From IMG/VR virus record IMGVR_UViG_3300030419_007436, positions 64,001-128,000 of that record: a stretch of DNA of 64,000 nucleotides. One strand, written 5' to 3'. The notes under the pieces are model-generated. The model searched no databases, was not told the origin of the DNA, and was given only the letters and a program-made list of their open reading frames with translations. Source of the stretch: a virus. How positions within the stretch are numbered: the stretch's first letter is position 1; every line of letters starts with the position of its first letter. Shown in pieces: positions 1 to 10,421 of this stretch. Made by a program: the position numbers and the translations under genes.

Positions 1-138
1 GTTGGCATTTATAAAGTTTGAGTATTTTTGCTGTGATACCCACACAGTCTTGCATATTATACTTTTAATTCTCTGTCGAAACCATTTCGTCCCCATTTCA
101 AAGATCTGAAATAAATATATACAATATTAACTTATAAG

Positions 139-507
139 TCAAGTGTTTTTAACTTCTTCTTCGAAAAAGCTTTCTGTATTATATTTTTTTATTAATTTTC
201 TGAGATCTTGAGGGATGAGACCTAAAAATCTAGCTGCTTCCTTTTTTGATCTTGTCGTAGAAAGAGCCATTTTTAACATAGCATCTTGTACTATTTCTCT
301 GGTAGAGTGCCATATTGGTATACCATAGCACTTTCCTCCAAATGGTTTTGTGGCTAATTCTAATTTGAGAGCAATTATATCTTCTAAAGATAAATTATTG
401 AGCATCAATTCAAATTCTTCAGTGGATTTATTTTCTTTTCTTAATTTTTTAGAAATACTATAGTGAGCATTTTTACCTGAGAGTCTTTTCTTTTTTTTCC
501 AAACCAT
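139..507 (-). CDS. Small protein with C-terminal Fis-type helix-turn-helix
   Basis: ALSTTRSKKEAARFLGLIPQDLRKLIKKY resembles the Fis/NtrC HTH pattern. Confidence 0.5.
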   Translation of the reverse strand: MVWKKKKRLSGKNAHYSISKKLRKENKSTEEFELMLNNLSLEDIIALKLELATKPFGGKCYGIPIWHSTREIVQDAMLKMALSTTRSKKEAARFLGLIPQDLRKLIKKYNTESFFEEEVKNT

Positions 508-594
508 CTTTACTTTTGTATCAAAACATGATACCCTATTTAAGTAATTAATATAACTTATTATAATTATTAATTTAATATATTATTTAAAATA

Positions 595-816
595 TTAGTT
601 ACTTATCTTTATATTATTAATTAATTCTAAGAGATCTTGAAGATAACTTTCAACAGTGCCTGGGTTGCTTTCCCATGTTTGCAGAAGATCTTTTACTTCC
701 GCCATCACTCCTTCAGCTTCCCTCAAATTATGTCTAGAGAGATGTAGATCGTGTCGTTCGTCTTCTTCGAATGCTTCTTTAATTAATTGCTTAAGTTTTG
801 ATTTTGTTAGTTTCAT
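595..816 (-). CDS. Small acidic protein with class I leader (MKLTKSKLKQLIKE)
   Basis: ORF track; shared N-terminal motif. Confidence 0.75.
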   Translation of the reverse strand: MKLTKSKLKQLIKEAFEEDERHDLHLSRHNLREAEGVMAEVKDLLQTWESNPGTVESYLQDLLELINNIKISN

Positions 817-825
817 AGTAGACTC

Positions 826-1053
826 CTATTTGTGTACGTCCTCGAAAATCTTCGGTTTGGAATACCCAGCAGCCTGCCGCAAGGAAACAATTGCAATTTC
901 CAGCTCTTTGAGAGCGCTGGCGCTATAGTTGCGCATAGCCTTAATCTCTTGATATGCTGCTACCGCATGTTGCAACGGATCATCGCGAAGCTGTTGCTGC
1001 TCTGTTATAACTTCTTTAATTAATTGCTTAAGTTTTGATTTTGTTAGTTTCAT
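826..1053 (-). CDS. Small protein with class I leader (MKLTKSKLKQLIKE)
   Basis: ORF track; first 14 aa identical to the 595..816 ORF. Confidence 0.75.
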   Translation of the reverse strand: MKLTKSKLKQLIKEVITEQQQLRDDPLQHAVAAYQEIKAMRNYSASALKELEIAIVSLRQAAGYSKPKIFEDVHK

Positions 1054-3893
1054 ATATTATATACCTCCTCTAAAGTTTCTTCTGTTGTTTCTTCAGTTTG
1101 AGGATAGTCCGGACTTTCTGGTTCTTCTCCAATTTGATCAGACATTTCTCCTTCGAATTTATCAAAATAAAGCTTAAGGTTTGTAAGTCCCCAGTCCTTA
1201 AATATATGCGCATCTTCAGGAGCAATTAATCTTTCATATGAGGAAACAATCTGCTGTTGTACATCATTCCATGCTTTTTCAGACTCTGAAGCCCCTTGTT
1301 GGACATAAGGGTCGTCTGAATCTAACTTTATAAACTCATTTTTTTCTTCTTCTTCATCTTCTTTTGCCTGCTCAATATCTTTAGATCTGGCAGGTAAAAA
1401 TTTCGACTCATCAGGTTCACTAGTGATATCATCTTGTTCGACTCCAACTTTAAAATCTAATTCTGCTAATTGCATTTGGGCGTCTCCGGGGGCCACTCTG
1501 TTTGCATCAATAGGAGCTAGAGCATTTTTGAAATTAACTAAAAAATGATATCTAAAAGATTTTCTTTCTTTCTCGCTCGATGACAAATTAGTATAAGCAT
1601 CTTCGATTTGCGTAATAATTCTTTTTAATAAATCATCTAAAACATTAATTCCAGTGTTTTTGTGTACAACTTTATCTGCCACTGCAGTTTTTCTATCAAC
1701 TTCCGGTATGACTTGGCGAATAACTTCTCCTAATTTACTTTCTTCAGAATGAATATTCTTTCTTTTTTCTTTTATAACTTTGATACCTTTTCTAATAAGT
1801 TTTCTTAGCCTTTCTTCTTCTGCATGCATTGAACTCACTCCTAATATTCTAAATAAATAGTCTTCTACTTCTCTAATTAACCCCTGTGGTTTGGCTTTAT
1901 CTCTCTTACCTGCACCCATCTCCGCAGCACCACCACCCATAGAAGAAGTTTCCTCCAACTCTTCATCGCAATCTTCTATATCTGGGTCACATTCCTCTCC
2001 ATCATCAAAACGATGTTTACCGGTATTATAATATCCTAGAGTGGCGCCCGCCTGACCATACATTCCTGTTAAACTCTCTTCTATCATCCGCAGAAAGATA
2101 CCCAGCGGAAGCTGGTTTTCCTCCAATTGTCTTAATTTATTTTTAATTAAATCATATATAAGCGGATCATAAAAACCCATTATTTGTTGAAATGATTCAG
2201 GATCTGAGCCTTTTAGTGCCGTCCTTAGTGTTGTACCAGACATTTCTCCGTGGCCCGGCACATCAATTGAAACATGCGGCGCAACTCCAATCTGCCATTC
2301 CCAGCCCTCATCTGTAGTGCCTTCTGTTTTTTGAAATCGAGGACTTTCTTTCATATCCTTTTCGCCAACTAAATAAACAACAGAATATTCTTCAGGATTA
2401 TAGTTCTGTAATATTTCTTTTGCGTTATATGGATTTTTTACTTTAATAATATTGTCTGATGAAATATCGTGAGATTGAATAATTTGTTTCTTTTCTTGAA
2501 AATTGAATGGAGATTTTGGAGTTCCTTCTTTTGTTGACATATCAACAGTATCTGATGTGGCAATAAAAACTTCATCATATTTTGGATCATTTAATATCTC
2601 TTTAAAAACTTCTGCATGATGTCTACCCATGGGCTGAAACCTTCCGGGATATACAGCAATAGTTTTCTTTTCAGTTACTTCACCAGATTCTTCAAAATCA
2701 TCTTCTATCTCAAACTCATAATCAATTGGCTCTTCAATAACTTCTGAGATTATTTCCTCTTCCTTATCAGCTTTAATCTTATCTTTTATTGCTCCCGAGG
2801 CGCCTTTTGTAATAAAATCTCCAGTCACTTTTACAGGTCTATCATCAATACCTCTAATAACAATACCTTCATGACCCTCTAAACCGCCTTTAGAGCTTGT
2901 TGAGGCGCGTTTAACGTCCATACCCAACTCATGGGTCGCGTGATTGAAAAGCGCGCCGTTAATGGCCGTTTTAACGTCTTCTGGAGTCTCTAACCATTCC
3001 ATAAGAGGTGTACCATTTAAAACGGCAAAATAAACCTCTTTACTTATTGCCCAAGCTGTTTTACCATCACGCTTTTGTACTTTTGCATCAAATGGGTTAA
3101 CTGCTTGAGATAACCAATCTTTTAATGGATAAGTTTCACTTTCTGTGCTTGTCATTTGTATAGAAAATGGAGTCGACAATGTTTCAGAAAAATCAACATC
3201 AGATTCTAATTGAGTTGAAACATCGCCAACCAAGCTAACTTCATGCTGTTCCGCGATAGGCTTCACTTTCTCAATAATAGATTCTAAAGCGCCCCGGTCA
3301 TAAGATATTTCTGTGCTGCCATGTTTTGTTGGTTTTCCGGTTTCTGGATCCACTGGTCTTTCTAATCCTGGTCGATCTATACCAATTCCTTTTCTAATTC
3401 TATGTGGTTGAGCCTTCTTTTCATAAAATTGATTGACGCCATGAAGGGCTAATATTTTTTCATCGTATTCAATTACGTTAGTTTTACCCTTTTTCATATA
3501 TTCTGTGTTAAAATATTTAGTGGGATCATCCCACATTCCAAGAGCTTTTAATTCTGGTTCAATTTGCGGCAGCGCTTCATTAAATATTTTTAGAAGCTCA
3601 TCAATTGCGGGAGGCATACCATGACCTTCGGGCCATTTTTTATAAGCATCGGCCGCCGTCATACCTCTAACAGATTCAGGTGCAGATGTGCCACGATCCA
3701 TCCTGAAGTCTTTTCCAGTTGGGGTAGATTCATCATCGACAAGTTTAAAGCTTACATTAATACCGTCAAACTTAACACTTCCGGGATTTGTAGAGAGATG
3801 TTCTGCAATTCTTTCGAAATAGTTTATTAAGTCTTGCCCTGTTTTGACATCTGGTATGTCAAATGGATGTTGCATATGTCCTGATGTGCCCAT
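1050..3893 (-). CDS. Multidomain protein: ligase-like nucleotidyltransferase domain, cytidyltransferase (HIGH-family) domain, acidic C-terminus
   Basis: KFDG, HEGIVIR and VKV resemble ligase motifs I/IV/V; YPGRFQPMGRHH and MSGTTLR resemble HIGH/KMSKS motifs. Confidence 0.6.
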   Translation of the reverse strand: MGTSGHMQHPFDIPDVKTGQDLINYFERIAEHLSTNPGSVKFDGINVSFKLVDDESTPTGKDFRMDRGTSAPESVRGMTAADAYKKWPEGHGMPPAIDELLKIFNEALPQIEPELKALGMWDDPTKYFNTEYMKKGKTNVIEYDEKILALHGVNQFYEKKAQPHRIRKGIGIDRPGLERPVDPETGKPTKHGSTEISYDRGALESIIEKVKPIAEQHEVSLVGDVSTQLESDVDFSETLSTPFSIQMTSTESETYPLKDWLSQAVNPFDAKVQKRDGKTAWAISKEVYFAVLNGTPLMEWLETPEDVKTAINGALFNHATHELGMDVKRASTSSKGGLEGHEGIVIRGIDDRPVKVTGDFITKGASGAIKDKIKADKEEEIISEVIEEPIDYEFEIEDDFEESGEVTEKKTIAVYPGRFQPMGRHHAEVFKEILNDPKYDEVFIATSDTVDMSTKEGTPKSPFNFQEKKQIIQSHDISSDNIIKVKNPYNAKEILQNYNPEEYSVVYLVGEKDMKESPRFQKTEGTTDEGWEWQIGVAPHVSIDVPGHGEMSGTTLRTALKGSDPESFQQIMGFYDPLIYDLIKNKLRQLEENQLPLGIFLRMIEESLTGMYGQAGATLGYYNTGKHRFDDGEECDPDIEDCDEELEETSSMGGGAAEMGAGKRDKAKPQGLIREVEDYLFRILGVSSMHAEEERLRKLIRKGIKVIKEKRKNIHSEESKLGEVIRQVIPEVDRKTAVADKVVHKNTGINVLDDLLKRIITQIEDAYTNLSSSEKERKSFRYHFLVNFKNALAPIDANRVAPGDAQMQLAELDFKVGVEQDDITSEPDESKFLPARSKDIEQAKEDEEEEKNEFIKLDSDDPYVQQGASESEKAWNDVQQQIVSSYERLIAPEDAHIFKDWGLTNLKLYFDKFEGEMSDQIGEEPESPDYPQTEETTEETLEEVYNI

Positions 3894-3902
3894 AAATTAC
3901 TC

Positions 3903-5309
3903 CTAAAGTGCGCCTCTGGTGCCTAAATTTTTTAAATCTTCTTTTTCCATAGCTCCGGTATCTCCACCCAGAGTGCCTCCTTCATCATCTGCGTGACTAG
4001 GCACTTCAGGCGCATCCTCCACTTGATCATCATCAAAATCAATATCTGCTATTTCTTCTTGTCTATCTTGTCTGTCTGCTCTTTTGATTCTATTTACATG
4101 TGCTCTGTGAGCAATAAATTCAGTCTCCCGGTCGACATATTCTTGTAATTGCTTTAATTTATTTATTAAACCCGGACAACAATCAGCACTAATTAATTCT
4201 TCTTGTTCTGGTCTCCAAACTTTTTCTAATTTACAACTCCCGGGAATAATTTTACCTTTTTTATCAAATTTACAAGTTTTTGGATCATAATAAAGCTTTT
4301 GTGACTCTCCTGGTATTGGCTTCCCTTCTTTATCTAATTCAACTCCCCAGTCTTTTGGCATATCTTCGGCACACATTGCCTTTATTTCTGCTATTTTTTG
4401 TTCTATGTTTCCTTGAATATTCATTAGTCTTTGATGATCTTCTTTGTTTCTAGTTAATTTACTAAAATCTTGTACGATCTTATTCCATATAGACATTGTT
4501 TCTTCTTTGTTCATTTTAAGATGGCCGCCGTATTTCTCATCTTCACCAAAAACTATTCCAACAGAACCACCAGGAACTATTCTTGCGATTATTTTTTCAA
4601 TATAGTGAAAACCGTCTAAATATTTTAAAGCCATATCATATGGTCTAATATTAGTGCCCGGTACCGTCCACGTACAATCCCAGCTTTCGAGTTGATCCAA
4701 AATTTGACCTTCAATAAATCCGTGAAACATTAGATATGCTACTACTTTTGCAGCTTTTGGATATTTCCAGGCCCATCCATATCTTGCTAACCACCTTAAT
4801 AACATATTAGGTCCTGCCCGCCACCACCACTTGGCTCCATGCGCTAGATAGGGCGCCCCCGCTCTTAGTGCGGCGCCTGTGGCGCCCACTCCCCCTCCAA
4901 GCCCCAAGAGCGCAATTGCAGCCGCGGCTTTACCGGTTTGTAGTGTATCTTCTGTTTCATCTTCATATCTATCTTTAGTGGTAAATCCACCTTTTGTATG
5001 AAAGCCCATTTGTTCGCCGGTACCAATATCTCCCCATGACCATTCTGTTTTTTCGAACGGCTGCTTGATATGTGCCGGTACTTTAGTTTTACCACCACCT
5101 CTTTGAAGAACGCCCCCACCAGCCGTACGACCAGATGGGTCTTGTGTCAAATCATATATTTTATCTGCGGCGCGCCTTCCCAAACGGCCGGGAAGATTCA
5201 TGGTCTGTTTTAGAGCATTTTTTATATCTTTCCAGTCTAACTCTTCTAATAATTCGGGATTTTCTAATAAAATTAGTTTTATCTCTTTTTTTAAATCTTT
5301 TTTATTCAT
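3903..5309 (-). CDS. Hypothetical protein with divergent class I leader and Gly/Ala-rich hydrophobic segment
   Basis: 468 aa ORF; MNKKDLKKEIKLILLE; AAAAIALLGLGGGVGATGAA. Confidence 0.7.
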   Translation of the reverse strand: MNKKDLKKEIKLILLENPELLEELDWKDIKNALKQTMNLPGRLGRRAADKIYDLTQDPSGRTAGGGVLQRGGGKTKVPAHIKQPFEKTEWSWGDIGTGEQMGFHTKGGFTTKDRYEDETEDTLQTGKAAAAIALLGLGGGVGATGAALRAGAPYLAHGAKWWWRAGPNMLLRWLARYGWAWKYPKAAKVVAYLMFHGFIEGQILDQLESWDCTWTVPGTNIRPYDMALKYLDGFHYIEKIIARIVPGGSVGIVFGEDEKYGGHLKMNKEETMSIWNKIVQDFSKLTRNKEDHQRLMNIQGNIEQKIAEIKAMCAEDMPKDWGVELDKEGKPIPGESQKLYYDPKTCKFDKKGKIIPGSCKLEKVWRPEQEELISADCCPGLINKLKQLQEYVDRETEFIAHRAHVNRIKRADRQDRQEEIADIDFDDDQVEDAPEVPSHADDEGGTLGGDTGAMEKEDLKNLGTRGAL

Positions 5310-5328
5310 CTATTAGCTCCCCTAGCGA

Positions 5329-6903
5329 TTAAATATCGTCGAACAAAGATTTGTTGACTTCAAAAATATCATCAAAATCTGGATCTGGTTCGTCTACACA
5401 CTTACCATTCTTACAAATCATTCCTGTGTAACAATCTCTATTCTTAGTACAGCCTGATGGAAGCTGTTGCTCTAAATCATAGCTGGGTTTTGGTACTGGT
5501 CTACCTTCCACATCAACAGGCTGCGTATACGGATCATCAGGAATTGGTGCAAAATCAAATAGCTTACCATCATAAAAGTTATTCAGTGCCGCGCACTCGT
5601 CTTCGTTAGGTTCTTTATCGGAATTTTCATAACATTGTTTCAAGGCCTCGGCCTTCGTCCACTCATTCCGATTTTTAAATCTTGTCATCAATTCTTTATA
5701 CATGGCCTCTCGACAACTGTCATTAGGCATCAATATCCTAGCTAACATTACCTCTTCTTTTGGAATCTCCGCTAGCTGTTTATCGCATGCTGCCTCTGGT
5801 GAATCTTCTAGCGACTCGCCTCTAGAAAGTTTACCTATGTCTTCAACACTTTTAGGAAGTAACCAGGCTGCACCAACAGCAGCTGCCGAACAAAGCATTG
5901 GAAGAGCATATCCTGTCGTTTTAACCCAAGTTATTGGGTTGAAGTCAATGTCGTGTATTCCAAATTTTTTCCCACGAAAGCGGCCACGCCATCTACACCA
6001 TCGCAAAAACTGTTTTGAAAATTTATGAAAGTGTTGAACATATACTTCAGCTAATTCAGGAGCTAGTTCTGTATATCTTCCACCTTTTGCTTCAAAATGT
6101 TCGATCATCTCTCTCACAACGTCGCGTCGCCTACCTTTGTTCATAGCCAAAGCAAACATATCAACGCCACCAGCCTCACTCTGCGCTTTTAAATATTGAG
6201 CCCATGCCAACCATGCCGCTTCGGTATTCCTGGCTTTTTTAAATATACCTGGCGCGAAGCTTTTAAGATTACTATTAAATAATTCTTTGGCTTCTTTATA
6301 GCGCTCTTTCGTTCGTTTAAGAGCCTTTGATGCACCTTTTCCTAATATTTTCATTGTGTCATCATATAGGCCTCTAGATTTTAACCACACTTCTGTTCTT
6401 GCACGTGTAAGATGTTTTCCTGTTTCATTATACCATTGTTCAAAGGCTTTGCGCCCCGCATCGGTATCTGGATATAGCCTTTCCCCACGCGAACCCTTCG
6501 CATTCTTTCTTATCAACTCGGACCACATCAAGCTCAAGACGTCTAAAATGTCGTCCTCTTGGGCTGCAATCATGTTGGCAGCCCTGGTTTTCATGTTGTC
6601 GTCAAAAGTCTTCCACGCGGGTTTCCCCGCATCATCCATTCTTTTTATCCATTTTTCCGCATTAACTATCCGTCGAGAACCCCTATCAAGCATATCTTGA
6701 AAGGAATCGATTGATATTTGAGTTAATCTTCTTGCTAATTCATCTACTATACCAGGCGCCTTCTTTTTTCCGGCCCAAAATGCTTTTCTAACTTCCTTAT
6801 CTCGCAGACCATCCGTTATTTCATCTTTAATTTCTCGTAATACAATATCTGGTATATCTAAAGTACCGTCAGTCGCTTGTTTTATTACACCCCTTTCCAT
6901 CAT
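5329..6903 (-). CDS. Hypothetical protein; frame stays open upstream to about 7197 with no start codon (possible fusion with 7155..7892)
   Basis: 524 aa ORF; manual translation of 6904-7197 shows no stop and no ATG/GTG/TTG. Confidence 0.7.
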   Translation of the reverse strand: MMERGVIKQATDGTLDIPDIVLREIKDEITDGLRDKEVRKAFWAGKKKAPGIVDELARRLTQISIDSFQDMLDRGSRRIVNAEKWIKRMDDAGKPAWKTFDDNMKTRAANMIAAQEDDILDVLSLMWSELIRKNAKGSRGERLYPDTDAGRKAFEQWYNETGKHLTRARTEVWLKSRGLYDDTMKILGKGASKALKRTKERYKEAKELFNSNLKSFAPGIFKKARNTEAAWLAWAQYLKAQSEAGGVDMFALAMNKGRRRDVVREMIEHFEAKGGRYTELAPELAEVYVQHFHKFSKQFLRWCRWRGRFRGKKFGIHDIDFNPITWVKTTGYALPMLCSAAAVGAAWLLPKSVEDIGKLSRGESLEDSPEAACDKQLAEIPKEEVMLARILMPNDSCREAMYKELMTRFKNRNEWTKAEALKQCYENSDKEPNEDECAALNNFYDGKLFDFAPIPDDPYTQPVDVEGRPVPKPSYDLEQQLPSGCTKNRDCYTGMICKNGKCVDEPDPDFDDIFEVNKSLFDDI

Positions 6904-7154
6904 CTCATTTAAAGTTTCAGCAACGGGGTCAAGCAGCTTCTCTATTATTCCTCTTTCTATTTCATCTGCAGATCTGCCAAGCGACGCGCGCAGAATATCT
7001 CTAAAATCTTTTACACCTATATCAAAGAATTCTTTAAATTTTTCACGAATAGATTTTTCGACGGGATTAGCCTCTAATAAAAGACGAGACTTTTTATGAC
7101 CTTTTTTTTTGAGGTTTTTTCTTAGGCGGGGTTTGTAATTACTTTCTTTAAGTA

Positions 7155-7892
7155 TTACTTTAAAATTTGTTTTTTTTTTATTTCTGTCAAACGAGACTCA
7201 CGAGACTCTGCGCTTTGAGGGTCTTGGTGGATATTATCGACGTTAAGAGACTCTTTGTCGTCGTCGTCTTCTTCTTCTTCGTCATTTTCTCCAAGAGTTA
7301 GCTGACCAGTTTGATAATCCACCTCATCCATTGAGATGCCTTCATTAATTGGTGCCTTATATCCCCATTTTTCCATCAAAAGGTTATTGAGTTCTTTGTT
7401 TTTCCAATCATTAATTGACATGTTTTTTTCTCCTACTATATAGGCGTCCTTATAAATAGTTTCATATAACACTTTGTTCTCTGTTTTAATTCCGTCTTCC
7501 CAATCTCTAAGGCAAAGATTTCCCTCAAGGTATGCTTCCTCTTCCATTTTACGTAAAAATTCATCATTTTGTGCATACCCTGGCTCAGTAGAAAATTCTC
7601 TATCAAAGTCGCCGCGGCAATTCTGATTATGATGTACCAATTCGTGAGACAGGGATCTTAAAATGTCTTTGATGTGGCGCCCATCTACAAAGATAGATAC
7701 TTCCATATTCGAGGGATCATAATGTGCAGTTCTTCCAAGAGGATTTCTGGAGTTTTCTTCATCGGATAAAAAATTAATTGTTGGAGGTCTATTAAATCCT
7801 ATTCTTTTTTGTGCAAAAGGTAAAAATTTATTAACTAAACCCTCTAATTCTCCTAGATCGTGTGGTGTATTATTATTTATTTTACAGTGCAT
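7155..7892 (-). CDS. Zincin-like metallopeptidase domain protein
   Basis: LRSLSHELVHHNQ (HExxH) and downstream EEEAY. Confidence 0.6.
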   Translation of the reverse strand: MHCKINNNTPHDLGELEGLVNKFLPFAQKRIGFNRPPTINFLSDEENSRNPLGRTAHYDPSNMEVSIFVDGRHIKDILRSLSHELVHHNQNCRGDFDREFSTEPGYAQNDEFLRKMEEEAYLEGNLCLRDWEDGIKTENKVLYETIYKDAYIVGEKNMSINDWKNKELNNLLMEKWGYKAPINEGISMDEVDYQTGQLTLGENDEEEEDDDDKESLNVDNIHQDPQSAESRESRLTEIKKKQILK

Positions 7893-7899
7893 TATATAA

Positions 7900-9030
7900 C
7901 TAAATAGTTTTCTTTTTTCCTACAGTAACCTTAAAACTTTTAAAACTTTTGTTTAAAGACTGATAAAAATATTTAGACCAGCTTTCAAACAAAAGTGGAT
8001 CCTTTTTGTTCTCATACATTGTTGGAATATGATGCTGTCTTGAAACATCTTTGCCGGTTATATTTCCTATGTATTTTTTTCTAAAAGCTGCTGAAGGATT
8101 TTTCTCGACACCCTTTGTGCTTTTTGAATAATCATTTGGCACAACATGCTCAGAACCATCTGGCATTTTTACCTTAAGATCATCTTTTATATTAATTTTT
8201 TTAGCTACTAATTCAACCCAGGAATCCCACAATTTTCGGGAGATATCATCAGCGCCCGTTTCCTTTGCGATTTGTCTTAAAAATTCTACATATTTTTGTG
8301 CTAGTTCGACTCCACCAGAAGTAAGTTTTATTATATTACTATCAAACTCACCAGCTTGAATAACTTTTTTACCAGATGCCGTAACTGATGGAGTTTTAAA
8401 TCCTTTATCTCCCGGGGTTAATATATTAAATTCTTGCGAAATACCTTTATAAATATTTAAATTAATTGAATCAATACAGCCTAAACGACCAATAATTAGT
8501 TGGGTGGCAAAAGCAGCTTTAGGTAAACCAAATCCTGGTAGTGTTATTGTTTGTAGATAAATATTAAATAAGGCCTCTTCTTTTCTTAAACCATTAGAAT
8601 TATTATACTCATCAAATAGAGGGCTGAAGCTGGAATATATGCTTTCTCTATTTTTCCACAAAAAATCAATTGCATGTTTCCTTGGTCCCATAACCAATTG
8701 TCCAAAGCCAGAAAAATCATATCTTGGTTTGTCTTCACCAGGATTCAATAAGTTTCTATCAGTCATTAATCCATCATTTTCATGAACAAAATTTAGTAAT
8801 ATTGGAAACTTTGGTACCACATCATACCATCTCATTTGTTGTGTGCCGATTACAAACATCAATACATCAGCTAATTGATCTGGAGAGTATTGTGCGTATT
8901 CATTTATAAGGGGATTGTATTTGCAAAAGCCAGAATCAAACTCTTTTGATAAATCTAATACAGCATCCTCAGAAGCTTCTTCTTCAGCTTCTTTAATATA
9001 CTCTCGCCAATTTTCAAATAGTAATTTCAT
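7900..9030 (-). CDS. HhH-GPD DNA glycosylase-like protein with class II leader
   Basis: Starts MKLLFENWREYIKE (ATG at 9030, TAATG overlap); PGFGLPKAAFATQLIIGRLGCIDSINL resembles the HhH-GPD hairpin plus catalytic Asp. Confidence 0.5.
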   Translation of the reverse strand: MKLLFENWREYIKEAEEEASEDAVLDLSKEFDSGFCKYNPLINEYAQYSPDQLADVLMFVIGTQQMRWYDVVPKFPILLNFVHENDGLMTDRNLLNPGEDKPRYDFSGFGQLVMGPRKHAIDFLWKNRESIYSSFSPLFDEYNNSNGLRKEEALFNIYLQTITLPGFGLPKAAFATQLIIGRLGCIDSINLNIYKGISQEFNILTPGDKGFKTPSVTASGKKVIQAGEFDSNIIKLTSGGVELAQKYVEFLRQIAKETGADDISRKLWDSWVELVAKKINIKDDLKVKMPDGSEHVVPNDYSKSTKGVEKNPSAAFRKKYIGNITGKDVSRQHHIPTMYENKKDPLLFESWSKYFYQSLNKSFKSFKVTVGKKKTI

Positions 9031-10388
9031 TATTGTCCGTATCCTGTTGGTGGCTTGAACCACGTTGGTGTTCCTGAAGCGAAAGCGGCGCCACCATCAT
9101 CGCCATGTGAATCATTAGTTAATAATCCGTGATTACCATTTCCTGATAAGTCTTCAACACTAGTCCCAGAGCCTTCATTAAATCTCCAATATCCTACAAG
9201 GCCGCTTTCGCCTGTATGGTTATAACTAGTTGCACCATCATATACACTCGCAATCCAAGTAGCATTTTTTTCTTCATTATAAATAGCTACTTCATCAAGA
9301 CCACAAGCCCATCCGTTATTATAACTAGTAGATGTTCCTGAACCTCTTACTGCGCGCATACCAAAAGATAAACCCTTACTCATTTCTGTACCTGTCTGGC
9401 TCCAATTTATATTACCCTTATATGTTGGATCTGACACTCCAGTACCCCATATTTGTTGTCCATTCATATATATTTTACGCAACATATTGTTTATTCCCGC
9501 ATCAGTACCTGCATATGTTACTGCAAAATGATACCATTTACCAATTGTTAATATCCAATCATCACCATCCTGTGTTAAATGTGTAGATTTATCTATCCCT
9601 GCTGTATCAAGCATTAATTCCCAACTTCTTTCAGATTGATTTGCTCCTACACCAAAATATCCTTTGGTATTTCTACTAATACCAAATGTAAATCTTTCGT
9701 TATTGTGAGCTTTTCTTCCAATTGCAAACATATCAGAGCCTAGTTCATCTGGTCTAACCCAATAAGATATAGTAAATCCTTTTGATGCGAGACTAAAATC
9801 ATCAGGATTAAAATCAGTTGCTACCAAATCTCCCCTCCTGGTGGCGACATTTGTATCGCCAGTAAATGACAATGCATAATTAACTGCTGCTTGTGGGATT
9901 CTTTTCTTGCGCCCGCCGGTCCTCTTGCGCCGTTTTGCCATCAAGTTGTCGCGCTTAAATATTTCCATTGCTCGATTAAAATCTAAATCAGCTAGTCTTT
10001 GGTTAACGGGATTGGATAACCAATTAGCCCAATCAAGCTCTTGAAGAGGGGGTTCACGATTTTGAATTATAATCCTTATTTCTTCAAGCTTATTATTCTC
10101 TCGTTGGATCCGGTCATCTTTTATTTTAGCTAATAAAATGTCAATCTGTTTGTCCCATCTTTCTTCTTCTAGTTTTTCTTTTCTTTGAATATTTTCTTGA
10201 CGAAAGCGCTCATCTTCCTGTTGTTCTAAAAGGAGATCTACACGTGCTGCAATTTCTTCTTGCTCGCGAATCAGCGCTTCCATTTTAGCAATTCGCTCTG
10301 CTTCTTTTTTAGCTTCTAATTCGGCCTCACGCTGCCTTTTTTTTTCCAACTGTTTTTGTTTATATATAATATATTTCTTGTTTAACAT
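9030..10388 (-). CDS. Coiled-coil plus LamG/concanavalin-like domain protein (likely virion or adhesion)
   Basis: FTISYWV, WYHFAVTY, LDEVAIYN, LVGYWRFNEGSG, DLSGNGNHG are typical LamG motifs. Confidence 0.75.
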   Translation of the reverse strand: MLNKKYIIYKQKQLEKKRQREAELEAKKEAERIAKMEALIREQEEIAARVDLLLEQQEDERFRQENIQRKEKLEEERWDKQIDILLAKIKDDRIQRENNKLEEIRIIIQNREPPLQELDWANWLSNPVNQRLADLDFNRAMEIFKRDNLMAKRRKRTGGRKKRIPQAAVNYALSFTGDTNVATRRGDLVATDFNPDDFSLASKGFTISYWVRPDELGSDMFAIGRKAHNNERFTFGISRNTKGYFGVGANQSERSWELMLDTAGIDKSTHLTQDGDDWILTIGKWYHFAVTYAGTDAGINNMLRKIYMNGQQIWGTGVSDPTYKGNINWSQTGTEMSKGLSFGMRAVRGSGTSTSYNNGWACGLDEVAIYNEEKNATWIASVYDGATSYNHTGESGLVGYWRFNEGSGTSVEDLSGNGNHGLLTNDSHGDDGGAAFASGTPTWFKPPTGYGQ

Positions 10389-10421
10389 TTGTGTCCCTTA
10401 GTGAGAAATTTTCGCCAATTT

